A stretch of DNA of 64,000 nucleotides. Origin: a virus. Every line of letters begins with the position of its first letter. Within the stretch, counting starts at the first letter, position 1. Both the position numbers and the translations under genes were made by a program. The notes below the pieces were generated by a model. That model did no database searches and was not told the DNA's origin. It saw nothing but the letters and a program-made list of their open reading frames with translations. Below, piece by piece: positions 42,449 through 52,992 of this stretch. The DNA is taken from positions 1 to 64,000 of IMG/VR virus record IMGVR_UViG_3300037424_000906, one strand, 5' to 3'.

Positions 42449-42625
42449 TTACGCAGCGTCGGGCTCCGACAGCCGCTCCACGGACTGAAGCCGCTCGACT
42501 CGAATGCTGTAGACGAGATCACCCTTGTCGTCACGGAAGTTGACGAACGCGCCGTCCTCGCAGTAGCCCTCCGCCTCAACGGTGTCGGTGTCCCTGTTGA
42601 TGTCACGGACGCGGAACTTGTACAT
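42449..42625 (-). CDS. Small hypothetical protein (58 aa) downstream of terL
   Basis: RBS AAAGGAG; MYKFRVRDIN... Confidence 0.6.
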   Translation of the reverse strand: MYKFRVRDINRDTDTVEAEGYCEDGAFVNFRDDKGDLVYSIRVERLQSVERLSEPDAA

Positions 42626-42640
42626 GGTTGTGCTCCTTTG

Positions 42641-44077
42641 TTAGGTGGTGCGGATACTGGGGCGGGACTTCGGGTCGCGGTACTCGCAGAGATAGCGCAT
42701 CGTGTCTGCGCCATGATCATTTTCCTTGACGGGCTCATCCTTGGTCTTGCCGCCATCCCGGATATCCCAGATGTAGGCGGGCAGCTCCTCGACCGTGCAC
42801 GTCGGCTTCTTCGCATCCGCCAAGTCCTGATCGCGGCGAACCAGGGCGTTGCGCAGGAACACCAATCCTGGCTTGCCGTCCGCTCGCCTACGGAACCTGA
42901 CCTGGGTGCGCTCGATGCCTTCCTTGACCTTCTTGCCCGCAGCCCGGGTCGGAAGGTTCAGCTCCTTCGCGAGCGTTGCCCGTCCCTCGGCATCGTGGTC
43001 ACACACCACGGCCTTCGGCTTCGGCTCGGTCCAGATACGCCCCGACGAAGCGACATCACCGCGGCGCCCGACGTGGCTGGGGTCTGCCACCGAGACGCAT
43101 GCCATGATGTCGGCCGCGTGCTGGTCAACGGTCTTGTGGGTGTGGTAGATCTCCCGGTACAGGACCAGCTGCCCGTCGGGGGTCTCCGCCCACATCTGGC
43201 AGCAGAACGGATTGACGAAGCCGAAGTCGACTGCCCAGAACCGAGGCCAGTTCTCGGGGATGTCCGCAACGGTCAGTTCCCGTCCGAGTTCGGCCTTCTT
43301 CTCGGCGGCGTTGGGGATGATGTCGTCCAGGTCAACCAGATGAATGCTCGGATCGAACTCGTCGTAGATGACACCCTCAGCGGCAGCCCACAGCCCATCG
43401 CGTAGTCGCAGCCGGCGCACGCCAGTGAGGGCTTCTAACTTCGACATGTAGTCGGCGCCGCGCTCGGTCAGGGACCCGTCGGTGTTGACGTAGGCGGGGT
43501 TGTCCCTGTGCGTGGAGTGCATCATCTTCATCGCACCGCGGTCGGCGCGGAGCTTCAGGAAATGCAGGGGCGCCCCGGGGTTGCAGGCGGCGACGATCTG
43601 CTTGTAGGTGGGGGCGTTCCCTCGCAGGCGTGTGATGAGGGTTTCGAGGGCCGTCTCCGTGATCTCGGTGGCCTCGTCAATGGCTATTCGGTCGAATTCG
43701 GACGAAAGGAATTTTTCGGGACGATCGAGGCCCCCAACCAGGATCACCGACCCGTTGCTGTACTTGTACGCGGCGGGCGCGCGGGCGCTGCCCCCGAACC
43801 ACGACACGATCCCGGCGCCGAGCGCTTCCAGGATGACGGCGCGCTCGAACGTCACCAGCGTCGTGCCGGTTAGGGAAGCGTGAGTCTGCCGCACCAGAAG
43901 CGACCGGACGCCGGGCACCATAAGGCACGTTATGTGCAATTTAAACAACATTGCGAGGCTCTTACCGGTTCCTGCCGCGCCAGCCAGGAGAACTTCCGCA
44001 GAACGATCCTTCATGAACTCCAGTGCCGCGCCGCGCGGTTCGTAGCGAACGACGACCCCGGTTCCGGTGCTGCTCAT
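42641..44077 (-). CDS. terL: Terminase large subunit
   Basis: Walker A GAAGTGKS, Walker B IAIDEA, CNP coupling motif, nuclease AVDFG and DHGADTMRY. Confidence 0.92.
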   Translation of the reverse strand: MSSTGTGVVVRYEPRGAALEFMKDRSAEVLLAGAAGTGKSLAMLFKLHITCLMVPGVRSLLVRQTHASLTGTTLVTFERAVILEALGAGIVSWFGGSARAPAAYKYSNGSVILVGGLDRPEKFLSSEFDRIAIDEATEITETALETLITRLRGNAPTYKQIVAACNPGAPLHFLKLRADRGAMKMMHSTHRDNPAYVNTDGSLTERGADYMSKLEALTGVRRLRLRDGLWAAAEGVIYDEFDPSIHLVDLDDIIPNAAEKKAELGRELTVADIPENWPRFWAVDFGFVNPFCCQMWAETPDGQLVLYREIYHTHKTVDQHAADIMACVSVADPSHVGRRGDVASSGRIWTEPKPKAVVCDHDAEGRATLAKELNLPTRAAGKKVKEGIERTQVRFRRRADGKPGLVFLRNALVRRDQDLADAKKPTCTVEELPAYIWDIRDGGKTKDEPVKENDHGADTMRYLCEYRDPKSRPSIRTT

Positions 44078-47000
44078 CGCCGATCCCATCCCGGCGGGAA
44101 CATCAGCTCATCCAGCGGCACACCTGACTGGGTGTTCTCGATGTCGATGGACATCATCTGATGGGCAGCTTCCTGGAGCAGGCAGAGGAAGACCTTCGCC
44201 TGCACGGAGGTGATACGCATCTGCCGCTGCATGACGTACTGGCTGAGGGCTGCGTACTCGCGGGCTAAGTCGGCGTCGATCGGGTCTGGGCTGCTCACAG
44301 CTCTCCCGCGTAGGCGTTGAACGCGGCACGGAAGATGCCACGTATGGCCTGGCCGAGGGCTTCGTCTGCGCAGCGGTCACACCCAGGTCCGGTGCAATCA
44401 ACCTGCGGGATGTAGGGGTACACCATGCCGGGATGCCAGCGGCCGGCGAACGGCATCCACCCAGGGTGCCGCTCAGTCTCGATGCACCGTGCCCGGCGGC
44501 AGTAGCGGATGGTTGCGCGGCCGAACCCGTTGTAGTACGGCCCCCAGTCGTGGCCTTGGTCGCAGAGGGCGGCGAGCACGGCGGCTTGCTGCTCGGCTTC
44601 ATCGGCTGCTAGCAGGAGGGCTGCCGCGTGCTTGCGTGCCGCGTCGGGGCTGAAGCTGTCGGGTCCGTCTTCTGCTTCGCGGTCGCCGAGGTAGACGAGA
44701 CCGCGATCTGCCCAGACGGCGCTCACGCTGACCACGTCCGCCGGTAGATCCGGCCGCCTACGTACCTGTATTGGTAGCGGCCTTGGCCATCACGTACTCG
44801 TTCACGGCGAGGCGTTCGCCTGTGAAACAGGGTGGCACCAGCAGGATGAGGGAACTCGACATCCGCGCCGAAGTGGAGGGCCGCGTCTTCCGCCGCTAGC
44901 GGGATCACGATGAACGTGGGCGCCCTGCTGGTGGTGCACGTGCTGCCGTTGAACGGTCCGCCGACTATGAGAACGGGAAACTGGCGGGCTCTCGGCTGCT
45001 TGCACATACCGTTGCAGCGGTTAGGCATGCCCTGCCTGTGGTCCTGGTGGCGTTGCCCGCCGTTCCTGCTACGCCGGACGATGCTCACCTGCCCACCTCG
45101 ATGCGGTAGCCGCGGGCGATGGTCTCCACGACCTGGCCCAGTAGATGCCATTGCAGGCTCAGGCTCGGGTCGAACATGCGCTCGCGGTTGTTGGTGAGTT
45201 GCTCGAACCGGTCGAGGAGTAGGCGGTGCGCAGCAACCATGGCAAGTGCGGCAGCTGGCCCATGGAGAGCGATGTGCTCGGCCTGATTGGGTCCGTGTCC
45301 GCCTTCGTCGTAGATGTGGATGTCGTGGCCGACGACGGTGGCGTGCGAGCAGGTGTCAGCGGCGCATTCGGCGGCGTCTTCGCATGGGTCGGTGGGGCAA
45401 TGCTCGTCGCAGCGATGGTGGCCGACATGCCAGTTGCCGCTCGCTCCGGGGCTGATGGCTGCGCGTGCTACCTGCTCGATGTGGTCAAGCTTGGCCCGCA
45501 GCGCGGCGATGAGGTCGCTCACATCGGCACCTCGATGCCGTAGCCCTGGGCGAGCGCCGCGACCAGTTCATCGGTGCTGGGCATCCCCGATAAGGGCTCG
45601 ATACCGTACTTGTCCCACTCAGCGTCCCACCCGTCGCACGACTTCACCCAGTCGAGGATCTTCCGGTCGGCTGCTACTCGCCCCAGCACCCGGGCCGGGT
45701 CGTGACGGGCGATGTGCTGGCGGATTTCGCCGTCGTACCAGCAGCCGTCGTGCGGTCCGCATGCGACCCGGCCGCCATACGGGGTGGTGACGAATTCGCC
45801 GCGCTTGCCGCCGTCCTCCCAGGTGCCGCCATACGTCTCGGCTGTCGCCTCCGCAATCCGCTCATCCTCGTCGATCGCGGCCCGGAGCTTGGTGATGAGG
45901 TTGTTCACTGGGGTACCTCGATTTCATGGCTTTCGGCCAGCAGCACTAGCGTCAGGCACGGGGCCAGCGTGTAGCCGGGAACGAAACCTTCGGGTAGAGC
46001 ACCGGCTTCACCGAATGCCGGGCTCCACGGAGTGGGGTCTTCGGGTCGGCAGGTGGGGCACACCCAGTTTTTGCCCTGGTCGTCGGCAGCGTGCGGCCAC
46101 TCGACGTGATCCCACACGGGTGTGTGCAGCTTCAGGATTCCCACCTCGGCTGTCACCCGGAAGAAGGTGCGGGACGGGTTCTGGCGGGCGATGTGTTCGG
46201 CGTTCGCTCGCGGGCGTGGGAAACGAGACCCACTGAACAGGCGGGTGTTGGCTACCTGCTCCCCACGGGGGAACTCTTTCGTCGGGCAGCTGGGGGCGCA
46301 GACGATCTCGCGGCCGGGCTCTCCCTGAACCGTCCAGGCGCCAGCGGTGGCGGACAACGCCAACCGGCCTTCCTCGCTGATCGCGTCCCGCAGCCGGGCG
46401 ATCAGGTCATCCATGCTCGGCCTCCGTGTCGTCGCGTTCAGGGATGGGCTCAATGACTGGGCGCTCGCAGTCCTCGTCGATGGCGATCGGGATGCCGAAC
46501 AGATCGCGCAGACCAGATGACAGGCCGGCGGGGAAAGCGGCGTACCGCTTCAGCCAGGCGGGCGTTTCCGGGTCAACCTCCAACGTGCCAGCGCGCAGCG
46601 CGTCGAGGTCGGCGGTTGACATGCGGCACCGCATCGGCTTTTCCGGCGGCGGGTCGAGGCTGGCAACGAGATCGGCGAGCTGCCTGAGCGTGAACGGTTT
46701 CGGTGGTGGCAGCGGCGGCAGGTCCGTGGTGATACCGAGGTTCCTCAGCATGTCGTCTATGCCTGTCGCCAGTTCCTGCCCAAACAGCGGCGGCGGTTCC
46801 CACAGGAACGGCCTGATCAGTCTCGCGTTGACCAGATCCCGCACTGCGGTGAAATCGTCCTCGGCAGTCACGGTGCCTCCAACCTGGGCGCGGTGGCGGT
46901 GTCGTCGATGACAATCGGGCAGCCGTACAACGCAGGCGAGCGCCCGCCCGCGTAGATGCGTAGGCGCTGCTGACGCTGATGCAGCCACCTGACGAACGCA

Positions 47001-48206
47001 CGCTGCTCGCTGGACATGACCACCCGCCAGTCGCCAGCAGGCCGGTTCGCGACTTGGGCGATGAACGCCAGCATGCCGGTCTCGAACTCCTCCTCGGCAC
47101 GGATGCGGGCGAGGGCCTCACGGGCGTCGTCGTCGGTCACCACCTGCCCGTCGCCGATGATGGCGTCGTCCATCCGCTGCAGGTAGCCGCGCATGAACTG
47201 CACGTTGAAGTCTTCCTGGAGGGTCACTGCGGCTCACCGGAACCATCAGCGGCCGGGCCAGCCGGCGACCGGTTCGCGAAGTAAGGGGAACGCTGCAGGA
47301 ACCCGGCATCCTCCTCGGGCTCGCTGCACATCCACTGAACAGCGGAGCTCACCACATGCTGCAGGATCGGCGCCCCGTACGACTTCGGAACCGGCGGGGC
47401 TGCCGGGTAGACCCGGAACCGGTCTAGGTCAACAACGAACGTGCCCGTGACAGTTCGCTTCCGCATCCGTGGCGGCCGACGCCGTGCGAGCCAGCCCATC
47501 CACCACCTGTCGCAGTACTGGCGCTTGGCGTGCTGCCACCAACTGTCCGGGGTCTCGAAGCCGTACGCGCGCGTGGTCTCGACCTGCTCGGGCGGCAGGT
47601 TCTGGGTCCACGCTTCAGTGCTGAGCGTGAGCAGCAGGTCATCGGCGAAGAAGCTGTTCATCGACGGGTTGGCTTCGACGCGGAGCTGTTCAAGCATGTG
47701 CCCGCTGATGCGGTGGGTGGCGGCCAGTTTGCGCAGGTGAAGAGTGATGGTCCCGAAGCTGATGGGCGCGTTGAAGCCGGGGTTCATGCCGGGCCGTCCT
47801 TGTCGGCGAGGCGGTCGAAGACCAACACGTCTGCCTGGAAGTAAGTGCCGACCCGCCGGTACCGGTACTCGCCTGCCGTGTCGAGCCATAGGGTCCCGTC
47901 GGGGCGCTTGTGGGGCATGTCCAACTGATCCCACAGGTCACCAGAAACGCCGATGCGGTTGTCAGCTTGCGAGACCGTGATGGTGCCGTCGTCGGCCTGG
48001 CTCATGACGGCGCTGCCATACCTGGTGATCTCGGGGTATGTGTACGCGGAAGGCGCGCCGACCACCACGGTCACATCGGCAGGCGGGAGGAGTATGTCCT
48101 CTCCAGTGCGCGGGTTATGCCAGATGAAGCCCTGCCCGTACATGTCGATCGTGCGGACAAGGGTGCGCAGCTGCTCGACGGTGAGACCGTCCAGGTTGTG
48201 GGTCAT
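44074..48206 (-). other. Leftward hypothetical genes (44074-44298, 44295-44726, 44723-45088, 46407-46871, 46868-47227, 47224-47787, 47784-48206)
   Basis: Coupled minus-strand ORFs. Confidence 0.6.
45085..46414 (-). CDS. Three tandem DUF6221-like paralogs (45085-45522, 45519-45908, 45905-46414)
   Basis: xxLIAxLRAxxD/E...HIAxHxP...LAxxYxIEV. Confidence 0.7.
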
Positions 48207-48679
48207 GACGCCCACTCCTCGCGCCAGCCGGGACGGTCCGCGTACGGGCGGGCAAGGAGGCGAACGGCTCTACACGCTGAGCCATCAAGCCAGATGTCAC
48301 ACGCCCTGCAAGCGCGATGGCTCGTGCCAGTGAGCCGGTAGGCCAGGGAAGTCGGCTGCGACGTGAGAGGTGGCACGATTTCCATGTCGGGCACGATGTG
48401 TAGCTCGTGCATGTCGAGCAGTTCCTGCTTTGCCGTGAGTTCGTCCAGCACTCGCCTTGGGTTCCAGGTGGCGATGTGCCAAGCGTCGGTAGCTCGTCGG
48501 TCTTCATGGTCGGGGCACTGCTCCAATTCGCAGATGAGGTGCCCATCATCGAAGCCGAGCTGCTCGACGCCAACGTGCCTGGTGCCGTAAGCCGTCCACG
48601 GGCCGGGCGTTGCGGCATGGGCGGCTTGCTCGTCGGCGTCCAACTGCTTGCGAAGCCAGGCGATCAGGTCGGCGCTCAT
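48203..48679 (-). CDS. DUF6221-like protein
   Basis: DLIAWLRKQLDADE..ATPGPW..HIATWNPRRVL..LARPYADRPGWREEW. Confidence 0.75.
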   Translation of the reverse strand: MSADLIAWLRKQLDADEQAAHAATPGPWTAYGTRHVGVEQLGFDDGHLICELEQCPDHEDRRATDAWHIATWNPRRVLDELTAKQELLDMHELHIVPDMEIVPPLTSQPTSLAYRLTGTSHRACRACDIWLDGSACRAVRLLARPYADRPGWREEWAS

Positions 48680-48687
48680 TGCATGCG

Positions 48688-49197
48688 TCAAGACAGATCG
48701 CCGTCGTCGAAGTCGTCGAAGTCCGACTCTTCGGCGTAATCGAAGAGTTCCCGCTCGACACGGCCAAGGAGCCATCCGGGATGGTCGCGCATGACGCCGA
48801 GGCGGTCCGCGACATACGTCTGACGGTCACCTTCGGCGTTCGCGACCCTGGCAAGGTTTCTCGTGGACTGGCGGGCCCACTCGATCAAGTCCCGGTCGGT
48901 GGCGTACTCCATCCAGATCCGTTTGCCGTCGCCGAGCGAAAGGATCGCCTCCGGGTGGAACATCCCTGACGGTTTGCCGGGCTTCGGGTTGCGCTTCTTC
49001 GCGAACCCGGTGGCCAAACTCTTGGCGAGCAGGTCAGCCCCGGCGTCACGGACGTGTCCCATGACCGATTCGTCGGCGAGGCGTGCCCTGATTTCGTCGA
49101 CGAGGTTCTTGTTGTCGAACCGTCCGGTTACTTGGTCTGTGACGGCTCTTGCGGCTTGGACGACCAGTTCCCGGAGGCGTGCGTCTGCGGTGCTCAC
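48688..49197 (-). CDS. Hypothetical protein coupled to the ParB-like gene
   Basis: GTGA overlap. Confidence 0.6.
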   Translation of the reverse strand: MSTADARLRELVVQAARAVTDQVTGRFDNKNLVDEIRARLADESVMGHVRDAGADLLAKSLATGFAKKRNPKPGKPSGMFHPEAILSLGDGKRIWMEYATDRDLIEWARQSTRNLARVANAEGDRQTYVADRLGVMRDHPGWLLGRVERELFDYAEESDFDDFDDGDLS

Positions 49198-49994
49198 TGA
49201 AGTCCGCGTTCCTTCCAGGTGTCGGCCATCTGCTGGAGGGCGGTGATGGCATCGTTGATGACTTCGCGGGTGATGGTCCGCCCGGGTAGTACCTCGTCGG
49301 GGTCGTATTCGGCTGCGGCTGGCGTGTCCCGGGTTTGGGCGAGGGATGGGACGATCTCGCACAGCAGATGTGTCGCAACGCGTCGTCGGCGTTTTTCTTC
49401 CTCGGCGCGGGCTTTGCGTTCAGCCCACGCGCCAGGCAAGGTCAGTTCGCCTTCGATGACGCGGGTGGCCAGCTCTGGGTCTTCGGCACGCAGGCGGGCT
49501 AGCTGGTTCTCGACGGAGTCGGCAGCAGTCTTGCGCTCGCGGGCGACCTTGTATGCCTCGTCGAGACCGGACGCTCCGGCAATCACCGCGTCCACTAGGT
49601 CCGGAGCATGATCCAGAACCGTTTTCGCGAACGCCACACGGGAATGACTAACGCCTTGGTTTGTTTCAAACCAACGCTGTGGTTTGCCGGAGACTACGGC
49701 GCCTTTTGCTGCCACCATGGCTTGCTGACCCTTGGTCAGGTGCCGCCGAGCGATATTGACCGACAGTGCGTACCCGTCTGGGTCGTCGCCGTTGTAGGTA
49801 GTGAACTCCGGCTCGACCCCGGCCAACTTGCACGCGGCCAGCCTGTTGCGGCCGTCGAGCACCCTGCCCTCACCGTCGAGGACGACCGCCTGTAGTAGAC
49901 CGCGCTGCCTGATGTCGGCGGCTAACTCGCGCAGTTCGTCGTCGGCGAGCATCGGGAAGAGGTCGGCGACCGGGTGTACATCGAGCGTGCTCAA
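49194..49994 (-). CDS. ParB N-terminal domain protein
   Basis: HPVADLFPML, GLLQAVV, LDGRNRLAAC, SVNIARRHL. Confidence 0.8.
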   Translation of the reverse strand: MSTLDVHPVADLFPMLADDELRELAADIRQRGLLQAVVLDGEGRVLDGRNRLAACKLAGVEPEFTTYNGDDPDGYALSVNIARRHLTKGQQAMVAAKGAVVSGKPQRWFETNQGVSHSRVAFAKTVLDHAPDLVDAVIAGASGLDEAYKVARERKTAADSVENQLARLRAEDPELATRVIEGELTLPGAWAERKARAEEEKRRRRVATHLLCEIVPSLAQTRDTPAAAEYDPDEVLPGRTITREVINDAITALQQMADTWKERGLQ

Positions 49995-50059
49995 GCGAAC
50001 GTTCCTTTCGGTTGGTTGGGTGGTAGCGGCCGGATCGGCCAAGGCTCCGGGCTGCTGGC

Positions 50060-50296
50060 TCACGCCGATACCTCGCCCGCCGTGCCGCCGGGCACCTTCC
50101 GTTCGGCTTCGACGTGAGCGTCCACATCGGCCCAGGCGTAGCGACACAAGCCGCCGGCGTACGTCCAAGCGGGTCCGACGCCTCTGCGTCGCCAGCTTCG
50201 CAGCGTGGTCGTCTCGATGTTCAGGTACTCAGCTACCTCGTCAGGTGTGGCCAGCGGTTGCCTCGGCGTCCTGCCGGGTTTCTCGGATGAGGCCAT
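50060..50296 (-). CDS. Xis/AlpA-like HTH protein
   Basis: TPDEVAEYLNIETTTLRSWRRRGVGP...RYAWADVD. Confidence 0.8.
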   Translation of the reverse strand: MASSEKPGRTPRQPLATPDEVAEYLNIETTTLRSWRRRGVGPAWTYAGGLCRYAWADVDAHVEAERKVPGGTAGEVSA

Positions 50297-50431
50297 GGCG
50301 CTCCCTTCGGTGTTTCCGCGTGACCGTGCGGGTTGGTGCGCGATAACGCGTGATGTGGGGCGTGGAAGTGCGTGCTGCCGCCGTATTTCTTGGTTGCCGT
50401 AGCGAAGATCAGCCGTCGCACCAGTTTCATG

Positions 50432-50457
50432 GTACTGACTGATCAATCAGTTAGTAC
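50432..50457. promoter_or_regulatory. AT-rich 26-bp palindrome at the divergence point
   Basis: GTACTGACTGAT-CA-ATCAGTTAGTAC (11 of 12 positions symmetric). Confidence 0.6.
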
Positions 50458-50686
50458 GGTCACCACCAGGGCGCTACGCGGCAGGGGTGACGGGCATGGT
50501 GATCGAAGGCATGCAAGGGCTCGTTGTGCGGCCCGGCGACACCCTGCTCATCGCACTGAACCGCAGGCTCAACGACGACGAGTTCGCGGACATGCGAGAC
50601 CGACTCCGTGGAGAGTGTCCCCAGTTGGACAAGGTCCTCTTCGTTGAGGACGTAGCCGCGCTCGCCGTGTACAGGCCGGACGCGTC

Positions 50687-50944
50687 ATGACGATGGCCGC
50701 GCACGCAGCGCCCCGGACCATCCGCAACCCGCTGCCCGCCATGCTCGCCCGCGCGCGAACCGCCGCAGCCAAAGCCAAAGCCAAAGCCGTCACCCTCCGC
50801 TCCGCCAGCCTCCAAATCAGCGGACTCGCCCTGCTGTCCGTATCCGCAGGCCTGCTGTCCATCCCCGCAGGCATCGCAGCCGCCGGCGTCTCGTGCTTCG
50901 TCCTGGAGTTCCTGACGTCCACGCCGCCCGGCAGTCGGCGGTGA
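50687..50944 (+). CDS. Small membrane protein preceding portal
   Basis: Hydrophobic C-terminal half; a second small ORF lies at about 50496-50690. Confidence 0.6.
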   Translation: MTMAAHAAPRTIRNPLPAMLARARTAAAKAKAKAVTLRSASLQISGLALLSVSAGLLSIPAGIAAAGVSCFVLEFLTSTPPGSRR

Positions 50945-52992
50945 GGAGCTTGCTCGGCACGATCGTCGACAAAGCACCGGTACCGCTCGTCTCCCGCAGC
51001 GCAGCCCTCACCGGCGGACGCCACGCGTACGCCCCGCGCGGACAGCAAGCTCAACTACGTGCCTACGGGTCCAACGGCACCCTGTTCGGGATCGTCAACC
51101 GCACCTCGACCGCAACCGCTGCGGTCAACTGGCGGCTGTGGCGCAAAGCCAAAAGCGGCAAGAAAGAAGACCGCACCGAGGTCACCTCGCACGCGTGCAT
51201 CGACCTGTGGAACAAGCCCAACGAGTTCTTCACCAACAGGCTCTTCGTCGAAACGGAACAGCAGCACGTCGACTTGACCGGCGAAGGCTGGATCGTCATC
51301 GCCAAGAGCCCGCAGATGAAGAATCTGCCGCTGGAGCTGTGGCCGGTCCCGCCGCACCGGATGCGCCCGGCGGTGTCGCCGACCGACTACCTGCTCGGCT
51401 ACATCTACACCTCACCCGACGGCGAAGAAGTACCGCTCGGCAAAGAGGACGTCATCCAGATGCGGATGCCGGACCCCGACAACATCTACCGAGGTCTCGG
51501 CCCGGTGCAGGCTTTGATGCGGACCCTGGATTCGCAGCGGTACAGCGAGGAATGGAACCGCAACTTCTTCGTCAACGGCGCTGAGCCCGGCGGCATCATC
51601 GAGGTTGAGGAAAGACTCGGAGACGACGAGTTCAACGAGTTCCGCGACCGTTGGGCCGAAGCACACCAGGGCATCGACAACGCGCACCGTGTGGCCATCT
51701 TGGAAAACAAGATGAAGTGGGTCGACCGCAAATACACCATGCGCGACATGCAGTTCGTCGAGCTGGCCGAGGTCGGCGACAACAAACTGTTCGTCGCGTA
51801 CGGCGTCTCCAAGTCGATGCTCGGCGTCACCGAAAACGTCAACAGGTCAAATGCCGAGTCCGGCAAGGTCATGTTCGCCGAGTACCTGACGATTCCCAGG
51901 CTCGACCGCATCAAGGACATGCTGAACTTCCAGCTCCTGCCGAAGTACGGACCCACCGCCGAAGGCTTGGAGTGGGACTACGACGACCCGGTACCGCCGG
52001 ACGCTGAAGCACGCGACCGCGAGCGGGAGTCGAAAGCCAACGCCACGGCCGCGTACGTGTCGGCTGGGTTCACCGGCGAGTCCCTGATCAAGCCGCTTGG
52101 TCTGCCCGAGGGCATGGTGTGGGAGAAGCCCGAACCCCCGGCACCCGCGTTCGGTGCCGGGCAGCCCGGTGGTGGCAAGCCAGCTACCAAGCCGGCCGCG
52201 CCCGCGCCCAAGCCGAAGTCGGTGCTGGAGCTGTCGTGGCTCAACGCTGCCCCCGCTCCCGAGCCGGTACAGGTCGATGATCCGGAACTGCAGCAGGTGC
52301 AGGACGACTGGGAGAAGGCGCTCGCCGCGCTCCTGATCGTGTGGGCTGGCATCAGTGCCGCACAGCAGGCGGAGCTACTCGCCCAGATCACTGCGGCGAT
52401 TGCTGCTGGCACCGTGGTTGCGCTGGCCGCCTTGGTCGTGTCGACCGCGGCTGCTGCCACGGTCCTTTCGGCGGCGATGGCTGCGATGGCGTCGACCGCC
52501 GCGAAGCAGATGGTTAAGGAAGCTGCCGACCAGGGCAAGAAGCTGCCTGTCCCGAAGGCGTTCCCCGGCCTGAAGCCGGTCGCTGAGACAGTTGCCGAGC
52601 TCCTTGGTCAGGGTCTCGCGCAGGCGGCCGGGCGTGAAGCGGTGCGCGTGTACGCCCCTGGCGTCGCCCCGGAGCAGGTTGCCGAGCAGGTTGGCGAGCA
52701 CCTTGCCGGGCTGTCGGATGCGTACCTGCGTGAGCAGCTGGGCGCGGCGATGACGCGGGCGCAGAACGTCGGTCGGCTGGAGACGGTCAAAGACGTTCCA
52801 CAAACGATCTACGCAAGTTCAGAAGTTTTAGACCGGGCGACCTGTAAGCCATGCAAAGACATCAATGGAACCGTTTTCGACACCTGGCTCGACGCCTGGA
52901 AGGCGTATGCCGGCGGCCCCTACCACGCATGCCTCGGACGTAACCGCTGTCGCGGCACCGTCAAGGCCACCTGGAACGAGGCGGCCGGATGA
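50941..52992 (+). CDS. HK97-type portal fused to a MuF-like minor head domain
   Basis: LTGEGW, YRGLGPV, RNFFVNGAEPGGII; Pro-rich linker; C-terminal DRATCKPC...CLGRNRCRGT. Confidence 0.88.
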   Translation: MRSLLGTIVDKAPVPLVSRSAALTGGRHAYAPRGQQAQLRAYGSNGTLFGIVNRTSTATAAVNWRLWRKAKSGKKEDRTEVTSHACIDLWNKPNEFFTNRLFVETEQQHVDLTGEGWIVIAKSPQMKNLPLELWPVPPHRMRPAVSPTDYLLGYIYTSPDGEEVPLGKEDVIQMRMPDPDNIYRGLGPVQALMRTLDSQRYSEEWNRNFFVNGAEPGGIIEVEERLGDDEFNEFRDRWAEAHQGIDNAHRVAILENKMKWVDRKYTMRDMQFVELAEVGDNKLFVAYGVSKSMLGVTENVNRSNAESGKVMFAEYLTIPRLDRIKDMLNFQLLPKYGPTAEGLEWDYDDPVPPDAEARDRERESKANATAAYVSAGFTGESLIKPLGLPEGMVWEKPEPPAPAFGAGQPGGGKPATKPAAPAPKPKSVLELSWLNAAPAPEPVQVDDPELQQVQDDWEKALAALLIVWAGISAAQQAELLAQITAAIAAGTVVALAALVVSTAAAATVLSAAMAAMASTAAKQMVKEAADQGKKLPVPKAFPGLKPVAETVAELLGQGLAQAAGREAVRVYAPGVAPEQVAEQVGEHLAGLSDAYLREQLGAAMTRAQNVGRLETVKDVPQTIYASSEVLDRATCKPCKDINGTVFDTWLDAWKAYAGGPYHACLGRNRCRGTVKATWNEAAG

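Noticed and set aside
42056-43405. 449-aa plus-strand ORF, and similar long shadow ORFs (135-1025, 14821-15933 minus, 39299-40939 minus)
   Set aside because: Antisense to well-supported genes; no motifs.
42328-50340. Short inverted match (CGCACCAGCC vs GGTTGGTGCG) as inversion ends
   Set aside because: About 10 bp with a mismatch; expected by chance in GC-rich DNA.
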